Assembly: GCA_022813965.1 (NCBI GenBank)
Contig: JALDZS010000012.1
Location: 1-64,000, forward strand
Source: Toensbergia leucococca
Taxonomy: Eukaryota
Direction of reading: 5' to 3'
DNA: 64,000 nucleotides
Notes under the pieces: model-generated
The model's database searches: none
Told to the model about the DNA's origin: nothing
What the model saw: only the letters and a program-made list of their open reading frames with translations
Program-made: the position numbers and the translations under genes
In this document: positions 25,152 to 38,276 of the stretch, in pieces
Layout: every line of letters starts with the position of its first letter
Position numbering within the stretch: the stretch's first letter is position 1

Positions 25152-28100
25152 TCATTGGTCAAACCTATATAAAAGCTTCCACATGTCGTAGTAAGGCTGC
25201 TCTTCTGGTTTGTACAGATCTCCCCAGTCTTCGTACTCTACGATCTCTGCGTCGAATTGCCGTGGTCTTTTTATTCTGGAGTCCTCTCCGGGTGGACTTT
25301 GGGATTTGCCGCCTCGTTCAACTATGAGTTCCACGATATCCATGATTGCGAAATACTTTTCTTCTGTTTGGTATTAGAAACCTTGTACACATAGCGCTGC
25401 TTCATCAACGTACTGTTGTGGATCGATGTTTCGCCGCCCACTAGATTGCGCCTTTTGTTAAATCAGCTTATTATGGAGCCATCTAACTCACCGGTCTCCT
25501 CTGAGAGGATTTCTCCAGCCCAGAACAATTCTTTAAAGCTGTCCGGGTTTCTGTTATTACTGTGACCTCGATGCCTTGGGGGTTCTCCTTGCGGTGCGTG
25601 TGTACTCCAGCGCTCTAAGCCAGTGCGACGCAATAATTCGGCTCTATGCAGAGCGTAATCAAGGATAGAGAGACCATTTGTAGAAAGAAGCTGCACATCA
25701 ACAGTGGGTCGTAACAGGAACTTGACAGTCTCGAGATGGGCATTCAAGATTGCCACCATCAAGACATTAGTACCTTGGTCCCTCGCCAAAATGCCGGGTT
25801 CATTCCCGTACAGCTTTGTGATAAGATGGTCATGGCTTACCGCTTCTGTACAGTTGAAAAGTCTTTTGATGATTCTCAAACAAAGTTGGTCGCTGAGTGT
25901 GTCGTTTCTGCAAGTGGTCCATATTAGATCACCGATATCCTCCTGATCTAACTTCACAGCCCCATCGTAATCGAGCAGGAATTCAAAACGGAGTTCAACG
26001 TCTTTCCCGTCTGTTACTCTCTTATTTACTATCGTTCTTAAGAGACTGTGACCGTGGTCATTCCTGTGAGTCACATATTTGCGCAAAGGACTTCCGAGTA
26101 GGATTTCCATTGCGCGCTTGAAATAAGAGAAAGAGGGATTAGAGGCTGCATGATGGAATACGTCCTCACCTAGGTAATCCGTTTCGTGAGTTTTGGGTGA
26201 AAGAACCATCAGCAGACAGAAAACAGGCTCCCAGGTTTCTGGATATATAAGCTTTCCTCCGTCTTCAGATGCCCAATGATGGATTGGTAAGATCTCCAGT
26301 GAATCACACAAAGACACGTCTGCTCCAGCTTTCAATAATGCTAGGGTTACTCCACCGTCTTTGGATTTGATAGCATCTAACAAAGGTGTATTACCATTCT
26401 GACTTGAGCCTCTTCGGGCGTTGATGTCGCCACCAGCAGCCACTACTAGATTGACGCACTTAGAAACAAGGTCGATATGTGTGTCTTGTCCGCCGTGATT
26501 ACACCACCAATAAAGGCACTTGGGCAGGCGAAATAGGCGATTTTGAAAGATACTCAAGGCGAGCATATGCAGAGGGTTGCGATGTCCGCCATCAAAGCGA
26601 TTTGAACTCGCTCCGTGCTGGAGCAAGAAGTTCACCACTTCCGCGTCTCCTCGATACATTGCCATGCCCAAAGGAGTCTGTGCTTGATCGTCTGACTCTG
26701 AGTCTAATTCATCCACGTCAACACCAGCTTGAAGCAAAGCTTCCATGGCTGGGAGAGATCTTGCGAAGCACGCCCAGTGAAAAGGCGAGCCGATAGGCCA
26801 ATGGAAAGGAAAATGCTCGAATAAAACGTGTCGCCAATGTGCTCCTTGTCTTGCAATTTCGGTTCTAGCGCTAAGATATGCGGATCTCGAATGTAACATT
26901 TGGACGACTGCTTTGATGGAGCCTGAATCGAACATGAATAACCAGTGGAGACAAGATATGTGGGCCACTGCCGTTGTAATGGACGCATCTGCATTAAGTT
27001 CGACCAAAGCTTTGAGAGTCTCAAAATTACCTGCTCTGGCAGCTTTATAAAGGGCCGTCTGTCCTTCGCCATCCACTTCGTCTATGTTGAATGGATTGGC
27101 AAGTGTGAGAATATCGTCTAAAGTACCGTATATCGCCGCTTCATGAAGTTGCATGAGCGCTGTACTGCCGTGAACCGCAGATCGACGCGCCGAAATCCCA
27201 ATTGGCGATATCGATCCACTAAAGCCTCCACATTTACGAAAAGATACCCAAGCTTGCTGCTCTAAAGAGCGTGACATTCGGCGTAGTTGCCACAGAGCTG
27301 TCAATGAGCCGCTAGCTGCAGCCTCAAGGAGCCAGGCCCTACCTTGGTGCAGCTCTTCTGGTGAGGATAGACTTGATGCTGAACCGCATGCTCTGAAGAT
27401 CTGGTTGAAGAGGCCCTTTGCCGCCAAACACGAGGCCTGCGCAGCAGCTCGTATATATTTCAAAGTTTCTCCTTGGTAGTCATCCCTTACTGTCGAGGCG
27501 GTACAAAGTGCTAGACCGAATAGAGACGCATTCGAAAAGTTAGTATTGTCCATGTTGTACTCCCTATACAGCTGAGAGAGGAACGCGCTGTCCATACTTC
27601 TCCAGAATATGAGCCAGGCTCTTAATGCAGGATTAGATGGATCAGGTTCACGGTCAAGCAATTTTTTGCCACTTGCCCTATACGATAATTTAGGCGAATA
27701 AAGCAAAATAAACCCAAAGGCCAAAACAGAGCAGCTTACCAATTCTTGTACGTCTCGCTACCGTCGCAGAGCAACACCGGAGTTACGTCTGGCCGAAGCT
27801 TAGGATTATGAGAAAGAAGCTGAATAACTCCCAAGCGTAGCACTGTTGCCAGAGGTTGAGCTATCGAAGTATTGTCTTTCCAGTCCACTGCACTATCAGG
27901 TACGAAGGGTCGCTGTCCGTTATGTAAGAATACAGAGTATACAAGCAAACCATAAACATAACAGTCACACTTAAAGAAAAGCTGTTGAGGCACCACATCG
28001 CTCCATCTGGTCCCATATTCGTAGACTTCTGGGGGTTTCCAGCCTTGGGTACCAGTATACCTACAATATGTCATCGATGTCGAGTTTGGTAGGCTTAATT

Positions 28101-28823
28101 CGATGAAAGCACCAAAATCCGCTAACTTCGCTATGAAAGGGACATTTGGATTCGCAGATTCCACTACAAGAATGTTATCAGGTTTCAAGTCTCCGTGAAC
28201 GATATTGCAACTGTGAACATGGCGAAGGCCTTCGGCTACATCCAGACACAGCTGATACTTGACGTCGGTCGAAAAAACCTTTCTTTCTAAAAACGTCTTT
28301 AGGGATCCGACGGCCTTCTCAATCATCATCATGGGACGATGGTCTGAGTTGTCAAACGAAGGATAATCGAAGCCCCATGACTTGATTTGTATGATGTTGA
28401 TGTGAGATTTGATATCATCACGCGCTAGAGCATAGACTTCTCGTTGAAATAATTTAAAGTCGGGTCTCCTTTGCTATATTCAGCATTATTAGCTCTATCG
28501 GCGATTTTGCGGACTGGGGTGTCACAAAGAGCACTAACCCTTCGGTAAACCGAATGAGTCACAATGCCGTAAGCGTCATCGAATATATCGAAGAATCCGC
28601 CAGAGGCTCTGTATGAGCCACTTGCTGTCAAATTTCGTTCCCTCAGGTGCCATGGTCCTGAGATTCTGCGCTCCGCGAGCAGGGCGACTAGTCCTGGCAA
28701 GTGAGTCGAGCGAGAGCTCCTGGTTCCTTTTTCGCCCAAAGGGACCTTGGACGCAAGGATCTCATTTGTCGCCAGGGATTGGTGTGTTCGAGGGCCGTCG
28801 TGAATCAACGCGGACGTACTCAT
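25152..28823 (-). CDS. Protein kinase - Sel1-like helical region - ankyrin-repeat protein; 4 exons (introns ~28474-28538, 27678-27738, ~25363-25491)
   Basis: Kinase motifs SGGFFDIF, HINIIQI, HGDLKPDNILV, LADFG and GTQGWKPPE; ankyrin repeats GQTALYKAARAGN, SPFHWAC, QTPLGMAMYRGD, NPLHMLA and GNTPLLDAI. Confidence 0.87.
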
Positions 28824-29532
28824 GGTGGGTCACTATGCCATTTATAATGATGAATTAAGGATATGTCAAATGAAGATACTATATGGTACGGGGGTATTCG
28901 AGTAGATGGACACTGCTGTTCAGATAAAAGTTTACCTACCGAGGCTCGCGAGGCTATCTTAATTGAATCTTAACCTTGTTTCGATCCGCTCAGCAACACC
29001 GAGACTTTTTCTTAACTTAGCTGTTACTCTAAATTTAGGGAATCTCAATTGTTCAGACTTCACCTATGAGAGACACTTACCTGATGTTTTAAATCTCTTG
29101 CTCAGTGCATCCTAGTGAGTGAATCTATTCCTTGTTTCTTATGTATTAAAGCATCCTCAAGGACCTTCACGGATGGGAGACGCATGTAGCTTCCTTGCTC
29201 CTGGGAATGCTTGAATGAATAAAGAGCCATGCTGAAATTTGAGAGCGTGGGCCTTAGCCCTAAACTCCTAGCCTTATCTTTACTTTTTGACAGTGCCTCA
29301 CCTGCGCTTACCACACTTTTGAGAAAGCTTGATAGGTCCTGTGATAGCCTGACCATTTTGACCACTTCTGACAGATCTTCGCCTTGTTCCGATGACAAAG
29401 CCTGGCCAATGCGTGAACCTTCCCCAACCCCACCCACCAAATCATAAACTCCATTTTGATACTAATGGCTTTGGGAACTCGGCAGCAACCAATGCAAGTC
29501 AGTCAGAGATACCTGTAGAAATCGACTGTAGA

Positions 29533-32500
29533 TTATGCTCCTTCCCATCTCCCGAATCGTCGATAATCATCATACAGTCCCTTGAAAATTGATCGATCCG
29601 AAGAGTCTACTGCCGAGTTCAGAGTACGCATAACATCCTGTGACATTACGTCAAAAATTGTGTAGAGGCCAGGCATCAAAGCCGCCTTCACCCCAGGCGC
29701 CAGTCGGCCCTTCAATTGACAATGACAGTACTCCATTACCAAGTATGGTAGATGCTGTCCTGCAGTACTGCGCGCCTCTTTCGTTTTGTCACTAAGTGCT
29801 TGCCGAGACCTGTCCTTGGACCGACTGACTGCCGAGACCGTGGGATCACATAGCGCGCTCAGAAGACGAGCGTATGCCGTAGCCTGGTCTTTCCCATCTT
29901 GGAAGCTTTTCTCACCAGGTGACCCGCTTGTCACAGTCATATTCTTCGAGTATGGCATGAAGAGACACTGTAGCAGACACTTCAACGGATAGATCATGAG
30001 ATGGTAGCGATTGCCGAGCTTCATGCGATGCACGCCAAGCATCGTGCTGAATAATCTACACAAGCTGATGTATACTTCATGGGAGTTTTCCCTCCCAAAC
30101 CTTGTTCCCAAGCGAGAGGATATTACTGTGATAGCACTAAGCGTGCTTTCAATATGCCACTGTGAGATAGCTCGAGCCTAAATACCTCGGTCAAAAACCT
30201 GCCATGAAACGTTGGGAATACTTACCTTCTTTCGCAAAAGCAAATCTATACATTGCATCGATAAGATAGAAATCCGTAGATCTTTTGTTTCGGAACAGTC
30301 CTTGCATAGTGTAGCGAATGCGTTGGATAGCGTGGGTCCAAAGTTGTCATTATCTTCAATTTCATCTGGAAATATTAGAAGCCGGGCGAATGAAGTATGA
30401 TCTCCCTTACCCCCTTGCGAATTTATAAGTACTTGTAGCAGTAGCAAGCGCTCTTCATCTGGGTCTTTCAACTGGTCATGTGCAACAAGTACTATCAGGA
30501 GGCCCATCTGTTCTTGCGGTTCAATTGCTAGTATATGGCTCCGAAGATGCCTCCTCAACCTTTTCTTCTCACGGGACGATTTCACTGAGAGTATCAGCGG
30601 CGATCCCAGACGCAGATAGACTAAAACTTACTGTCTCTCAAAACCGTGGTGGCTTGCAGAATCTGTTCGGGAGTATTGCATCCTGGATCTCCTAGGAGGA
30701 GGGCAAGTCTCGCCAACTGCTCTCTTAAGTGGTCTGCATTACGAATAGTCAAGTGGACTTGCTTTAGTATCTCCGAATCCTCACTCTCTGTAAGATATGG
30801 TATGCTTTGGGAGACCCAGGAGAGGTAAGATCGCACTGGAAAGTCAGATCTATCAGTCAAGTGGATGTCTGAGGTACGTGTACCTTCACCAAGCTCCGGG
30901 AGAACCTCGAGAAGGTCCGAAAACTCCATCAGGCCTTCTAGAATTATACGTAATCTGAATGTCCAGTCGGGCCGTGAGGAATCCAAGAGTGTACTAGCAA
31001 CTTCTTCGCGAAGCTTTCTCAAATGACTACAGACATGGCCTAGATATTGCTTCCGTAAGGTCGGGAGCTTACCCAATTCTGAGCTGAGAGACTCAGGAAA
31101 TTCTGTACGTTGGCGCCAATAAAATGCCAGGGATTCTTCGATCAAGATCATGATTGAAGCAGGAGGCCCCGATGGAGAATCCAGAGATGGAAAGTTGGCG
31201 ATCTGGGAAAAAAGCTGCTCGAGAAGTTTCTTGAGACACTGGGAGCTCTGCTCGTGCGTAATTGTGGAAAAAAGATAACTGATGCCGTTAGTGTCGTCGA
31301 ATGATCAATCCTAGAGCATCTGCAACATACCCCAATGTAATCTGCGCATACCTTCTTAAAGGGGGCAAAACTAAATAGTTAAGGATTCCTTGAGTCTCCT
31401 GGAGTTTGCTGAGAACTTCAACCAGCTCCCATAAAGTATCTCCATAAGCAGCCTGTCATATGTTAGGAATCCTTTTCGGTAGATCACTGCTGAGAAACGA
31501 CCTACAAAGTCTGCTGATTTACCAGAATGTTGGACCATACCAATCAGGAAATTTAGATGTTTGACGATATCTTCCGACTTGAAGGGATAATTTGAAAATC
31601 TAAGCATAGCAAGTACTCGGCTGCACAATTCGCTCCTTTGATCAGATTTGTAAGCCTGTAGAGGCACAGATAGAAGGCCTTCAAACGCAAATGTGTAACC
31701 CAGATGATTTTTTCCGTTAAACTCATAATGCATGTCGTAATTGTATCTGTCCAAGAAACTGATACTTTGTATGTCTTGGACACAACCTAAAGAATTTAGT
31801 CAGGATCAGTCTCGTCGATTGTAATTTTATCATACTTGCTAATGAAACATCTTCTCTCATTGATTCAGAATGTAGCAGTCTTTTCCATAACGAGTGATAT
31901 CCAATAGATGTCGGTCTGTGTAGTTCCGGTCGCTCGGCTTGCGAAAGGCCGCACCGGTAGAATTGCTCGAGTAACCGGCGCTGGAAGGGCATATCTAGGT
32001 AGCTAACGGACAGTCAGGCAAATGCGCTTGCTAATCCAGATGATTAAGAGCCTTACCAGAGAACTTTTGGGGAGATGACGATTTGCGCAAAGCATCCCAG
32101 CACTAGTAAATCTACGGACTCGACTGATTCATTTGTTTCACCCCATTCTTGGCCTGTAAGTAGATTTCCGTCACCCTCTCCAACACGGGCTCCGTTGCAT
32201 ATAGATTCGTTATAGTCTAGGATGGTCGTGACAGCCAACGTCATTGCTTGGCCTGAAGCTACATGCGACATTTCGTTCACAATATTCTCCATGTGGGCAG
32301 AACTCAATATGAAGTTGAAAGCGTGGAGCTCTTCAGTATAGTTGCTCGCGTGGGGGTTGTTTGGTGGCTCCGTTGACATGGCTTGTCCTAGAAGTTCCTG
32401 GGCTCGTCTTGTGGCAGCATCTTCTTCATCAATGAAATCTGCGATGCGACGCAGTCCAGGCCAGTGTCTTTTGATCGTTGCTAGAGCTCTCCACATCCTC

Positions 32501-35002
32501 CATCCGTGCTTGTGTCGTGAAGCGGAGCCCTTTGAAACAGCTCTAAGAAGAGAAGGATATATCGACTTAATAGTCTCTGTAAGCCTGGTTAAAGTAGCCT
32601 CGCTCGTGTACGCATGTACTAGGCAATCTCCGATTATGAAATACGCCCATGAGGTGAAGTATGCATCCTCTTCTGCTGTTAGATGAGCAAGGTTTCCAAA
32701 TGCACTTTGGAGCAAATTGTCAATCTGTCCTACAGTTAGTGAGGACTCAACGAAGTGTCCAGCCGTATTCAGGAGCTCCTCGTCCTCCCAGATGCTCCGG
32801 GAACAAGTACTAGAATATGTGGCATCATGCCGAGAATCTCGTGCCCGCAAAATCCTATTAAGTTGTTCTTGCCAATAACTGAAGAAGCCAAGGAGGTTCC
32901 GAGCGTTGGCAAATGCATCAACCAATGGCAAAATGATGTTCGAAAGCGTAAAGCCGTATTCTGAAAATTCGTTATTGCTCAATCGAAGTTCTGCTGATGT
33001 TCGGACAGCCATGATTTCACTTGCATGACGCTCTTGCTCTGCTCTTATTTTGCTACTCAAATTTGTGGCGCTCTTTCCCTTGCTCTGCTGGTATCTGCGA
33101 TCATCTACTGAAGTCTGAATTGCAAAAGGCTCTCGGTTTTGTTCATCCTCATATTTGAAGTGTCCGCCGCAATCATCTGAATTCATAGCCTTATTTTTCT
33201 GTTCTTCTACGTTGAGGATCTTCTCATAAGGCACCTTTTCTGCAGCTTGTGGCACATATGATTCCAATCCGGTGACTTTCGTAAGTAAAGCTTCTAGAAA
33301 ATGGTTAGGCGTAGATTCGCCGCTACTTAGCGAAGAAGTCATGAATATATCAGAATCGACTTGCAGACAAAAACTAACTAGTGCCCAATCAACTGGCCTC
33401 TCAAATCCAATATCAGTCAATCCGGAGAATCGAGTCAAGATTGTTTCCAGGATTGAACTTTCGATTTGCACCATGCCTGCAGAACACACCTCCAGCATCT
33501 GCTTCAGAACATTGGCAGAAATTCTGGATAGATTGATCACAGAGGAAGAGTTCAGAAAGATCGAAGCACACTGTGCAAGCCGAGAGAATAGTTCCTGCAG
33601 CCAGGGATTCTCGGCTAATCTTTGTTTCGAAGTTCCTCGTGGCACACATTTTATGGCTATGTCGAAAAGTAAAGGAATGACACTATCATGACTCATAAAT
33701 GTCGTTGAAATTGTGGTTGTCGATACATCAGAAAATCCCCTTTCGAGCGGTCGGAGTAGTGCTTCACTTAGAGATTCAGGATCATCCTTGGGATGATAGT
33801 CTGCGCGCTTCACGTCTAGAAAAGCGGCTCGGATTGGTAGTAGAACGTGTTTGGCGAGCAAGTTTTCTAGACTATTGACATTTCCTGTAATATTAGAACC
33901 TCGACTCGCCATATTCTTGCATGTTATCAACAGATCTAAGGTCTGCAACAAACACTCCGCGGAGAATGCATGCTGTAAAGTCTCGTTATTACAATTCTAT
34001 TGATAGACTGAGACGGGCTTACGCTGCTTGACTGGCCGGTTGAATCATCTGCAGTAACCGAGCGCAAATCCCAGATTTTCAGTATAGAGGGTATGCAAGC
34101 ATTGTATATATGATTGTCTCTCTCACTTGACATGGCATAGGACCTTTGCAATATTTGACTCGTCACAGACATAGAACTCCCTAAGATCATCGCTGCCTGT
34201 TCGGGAGAACTTCTCAAGACTGCCTTCATATACTCAACGGCAAATCCTTGCGATTCAATAGGTGAATCTCTCGTAAGTGCCTGTACTTGAGTGACTGCAG
34301 AAAGAATGCAAAAGTAAAGCTTTTCAACGTCAAGCTTGGACGCATCTGTAACGTCACTCGTAACCAGTTTGACAGGATCTCTTTTTCGTTTTTTTGGATT
34401 CTTGATTGCTTCAAGCGGAGTTGCTCCGATAGTACCAGAGCTGTTTTCTGCGTTGGAGCTGTCTTCACTGCTGTGTGAGGAACAGTCTACCACTGGGGTC
34501 TGTGATGTTCTGATGAAACCAGAAGCAAGATTGTGTTGAAGCCATTGTAAGGTTTTCAGGACTACGCTCATAAACTTATGCGCCTTGAGTATGCGTGCCG
34601 TCGTGGACGATGGAATGCGAAGAATGACTTCCTGGAGAAGTAGCCATACTCTCGGCTCCAAGCAGGGACTAGTCCTAAGAGAAAGGTCAACGTGCAGCCC
34701 GTATTTTACCTGTTGCTTGAGAGCTATCCTATGAATTTATACCTTCCTGGATATCCTTCAACCAATTGCATATTCTTAAGTAGCCAATTAAGAGTCCACT
34801 CCTCTCTCGGCCCATTTGAAGCCTGGGCTTGTTGTTTCCCTTCTTCATCAACGGCAAATAAAGGGACTTCATCAAGTCTTATTTTCAAAATGTTAGATGC
34901 TTCGAGGACAAGGGCGGCGAAAGATTCTTCGCTTTTACCAAGCTCTAGAATACTGCGCTGCGGCATCGGCCCAACGCTTGGTTTCATAGGTCTAGCAGTC
35001 AT
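29533..35002 (-). CDS. URB2: Nucleolar pre-rRNA processing protein Urb2/Npa2; multi-exon
   Basis: N-terminal PREEWTLNWLLK..EPRVWLLL; C-terminal Urb2 domain HRMKLGNRYHL..AYARLLSALCDPTVSAV..ALMPGLYTIFDVM..RSIFKGLYDDYRRFGRWEG. Confidence 0.9.
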
Positions 35003-35338
35003 TTTGCAGTAAGCAGTAGTCCATCTTCTTCGTATTATAAGATCGAAAGAAGTCTGAGGAGTACGGAGGACTATCCGGATAATAATTCATGAAGTTGCAG
35101 ATATTAGCGGTGCAGAAGTAATTTATGTGGGATTTGATTGGTCCAAGCTCCGCGTAAAACTTTATTCTAATCATAAGCATGCGGCAATCCTAAGCTTCCA
35201 CTACGACCCTCCCTACGACGAGATCATCCGGCGTCCATTTCTACTCCCCGCTCAACGACACTCCTTTCTGTGCTTTGTGAGTCGCGTCGGCTCACCCCAA
35301 TTGATCAAATACTGACATCAGCGCCGAGTCCTTCCACA

Positions 35339-35838
35339 ATGGCTGACACACCACCACCTACCCCTTCCTCCCCAGCTCCACGGTCAACGAAACCAGTCAG
35401 CGAGGCATTGCTCAATGATAAGGTATGAAGAACCCTTTGATCACCAATCACCTGAGGTTCCGGATACATTTGAGTCTCGGAATTCTCTGGGTCGAGCTGC
35501 CAGACTTTCCGTGGGACACCGGGTGCAATGTTACCCTTTTTGGTCATAGCTGACGGTCACCGGTCTCCAGTGGGATCACGCCATCTCTTCTCTACTCATC
35601 CGGTCATCACTCGGTCTCTCATTTGGCGTCGTTTTCTCCGTCCTGTTATTCAAGCGAAGAGCATGGCCCGCCTGGGTGGGGCTTGGATTTGGTGCTGGGA
35701 GAGCCTGGGAAGAAGCAGATGGTATGTGCTATTCAGAAGCGAACGTCCGAGTCTTATGTGGCTTATTCTGGTATAGCTGCGTTCAAGAAAGGAGGGCCAG
35801 TGACAGGGAAGGAAGGGCTTCGGCTGGTTCGGACGTGA
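35339..35838 (+). CDS. MIC10: MICOS complex subunit Mic10; 3 exons
   Basis: KPVSEALLNDK|WDHAISSLLIRSSLGLSFGVVFSVLLFKRRAWPAWVGLGFGAGRAWEEAD contains the GxGxGxG motifs and the KRR loop. Confidence 0.93.
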
Positions 35839-36406
35839 AAGGATATCCGCAGGAGAAAAGTACCAGCGATTCCTTATACCTGGTGTCTATAGATCATTGT
35901 ACACAAAAACACGTCAAGGCTCATGACGATGTATACTTTTCGCCGCTGGGAAAACGATATAGAGTCCAACAGGTTGATTAGGGCATGCTCCAGCAATTAC
36001 CAGAAACGACCAATCCGAAGATAGGTGTTCATCTACTCGTTCTGCAGGGCTCGTTGGGTGAGATATTTATTCCTCATTCATTTCTATCAACACCACAGAT
36101 GAGGATAGACTTTCAGGTATTCAGTAAGAAATAGCCTCGTTGAAATCGCACTTGAAGTATGATCTAACATATACATAATTCACGTGAGGGGAAATGAAGA
36201 TGTCTATTGTAATGCACAAAGCATAGAGCTCGCATAAATGCTCTGGGCACCCTTCCTTTTCCAAGAAATAGTCTATCGTTCAGTAGTTTTGCTCACGCGA
36301 CCTTTGGATATCATTTCCTGACACCGTAAGGAAAGGAACTGCCATCATTACACGCTTTCAACACTCAGGTATCGTATCCTCGTAGCAAGACGGTCATAGA
36401 ACTGTA

Positions 36407-38276
36407 TTATTGGCAGCAAGACTTAGCTGGAGGAGTCCTATGTCCACCGTCACTGTTCGTATCAGATGAAATTGAAAGGTCAGCAAGGGAATCTGGCGGT
36501 GATCTAAGAGGAGGGACCAGATCGTGACCGATGTGAAAGCAGCAGCCAATGCAATTGCACCCTGTTTGACAGCGGCAGGCCCCAGTGACATCTGTACACC
36601 CATCTCGGGATTCCATGGATCCCAAGTTGAATTCCACAGTATAGTAATCCGAGGATGAGGAGACAAATGAATGAGACTCGCCTATGGTACTGGGAATCAA
36701 TGCTTGAGATGTGCAATTACCCATACTTGTTTGAGCAGATGTTCCCAAAGGCGTAGGGGTTGTCGGCAAACTAAGATTGCTGATGGATGTCGGATATATT
36801 GTTGTCGACATTCTGTTAATATCTGATGTGGTAGTGTCGTAAGTTAGATCGCAAGAGGAATGGGGCTGGCTCCCAGGTCGGCTGCCAGTCTGGTAATTAC
36901 CATCCTCATTTGGATGTAGGAGGAGATGAACGAGATCCTGAACGCGGTGTCTTGTCGATTCATTGTACGGGTGAGCTGCACAACCAACGCATTGGCAATT
37001 AGCGCCACATTTACAGTTGTGGATCGGACTGCCTCTGATGTTCCCTTCCGCAGAAGGCGCAACTAAGCCAATCAGACCATGAGGAGCATTCTCGGGGACT
37101 CTTTGAGAATACAGCGGGTCCTGCTGTAGGTAAGACAGTTGCCTAGGATTCAAGGGATTGTCGGCTGTGGCGTAATTTGGGGGCATGGTGTATAATGTTG
37201 TTTGAGAGTCAGGGATACTCTCACTATAACCTTGAGACAATAGATTGCTCTGGATGTTATGCTGCTCAAAGTCGACGCCAAAATCCTGTACATAGTAGTC
37301 ATTTCCATTACTCATCGGTAATACATTGACATGACTATCTCCACTGATGTGACCTGATCTGGCAGAAGATTGTTGTGGAAATAAATTCTTCACGGTGATT
37401 TCTTGGAACAACCCCTCGCGCACGGGATACCGATGCTCTTCCTTGATACCAAATGATGCCGCTGCATTATTCACATCGTTGACATTCGGGGTGTGCTTAT
37501 CAGGACAAGGTACCCCTTGTCCGCCCAAGACAATTGCAGGCGCAGAACTGGTACTTGGAGAAGATTCGTTGTATTCATCTGCTAACCATAGAGGCTCTGC
37601 ACTTAGCTTGTAGTTTTTCGACTCCGAATCTTTGCTGGGACTATTTTTCGTCGATGAGGCTGACAGGAGCTGAACCAGCTCGGGGTTCTGCTGCTGAGAC
37701 TTGAGACCGCGGGCAATAGTTTGCGGATCGATCTGGTTTGCTTTCTGGGGGTAGCTCGGCTTTAGTACTCGATAAGGATGGCTGTGCTGTTGTGCTTGAG
37801 TGAAGCGAGGGTCACCTGAGAGGTAAGATCCCAATGACGGTGTGAGCCCTGTAGTCGTATTATCAGGGCCAAGAGAGTAAGCCGGTACACATATGCAGCT
37901 CGATTCTTAAACATGTTAGCCATGGATGGGCAATTCAAAGCACGAATTACAGCAGAGCGCCCGAGCGGTGCATTTCTTACCTTTCAGTATCCTAACCATC
38001 ATGACCTTTTCTTTGCCGCAGGTACAGAGATTCGGCGGATGCGGGCAGGAGGACAACGGTCTCCCTGGCTTCTTGACGCGCAACATGAAGCGATCGTAAT
38101 GTTCGCATCGTGTTGAGCGATGGCCACGAATGCACGGTTCGCTGGATAAGATTGATCAGCCATGTGCAGGGAGGTTCACATGGCTTGGAATGATAGGAAG
38201 GGCTATATCTGACGAGCTACACAGACAGGGTGCTTACATACCACGCCCATTTATCTCCGTTCTCATCTGTGGGCAT
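36407..38276 (-). CDS. Copper-fist DNA-binding transcription factor (Ace1/Cup2/AceA-like); 3 exons
   Basis: Spliced N-terminus MPTDENGDKWACEPCIRGHRSTRCEHYDRFMLRVKKPGRPLSSCPH (copper fist); Cys clusters CKCGANCQCVGCAAHPYN and CRCQTGCNCIGCCFHIGH. Confidence 0.9.

Noticed and set aside
28425..28427. Apparent premature stop in the kinase-ankyrin gene
   Set aside because: A GTTAGT..GCTAAT..TAG intron (28538-28474) shifts the frame, so the gene is intact.
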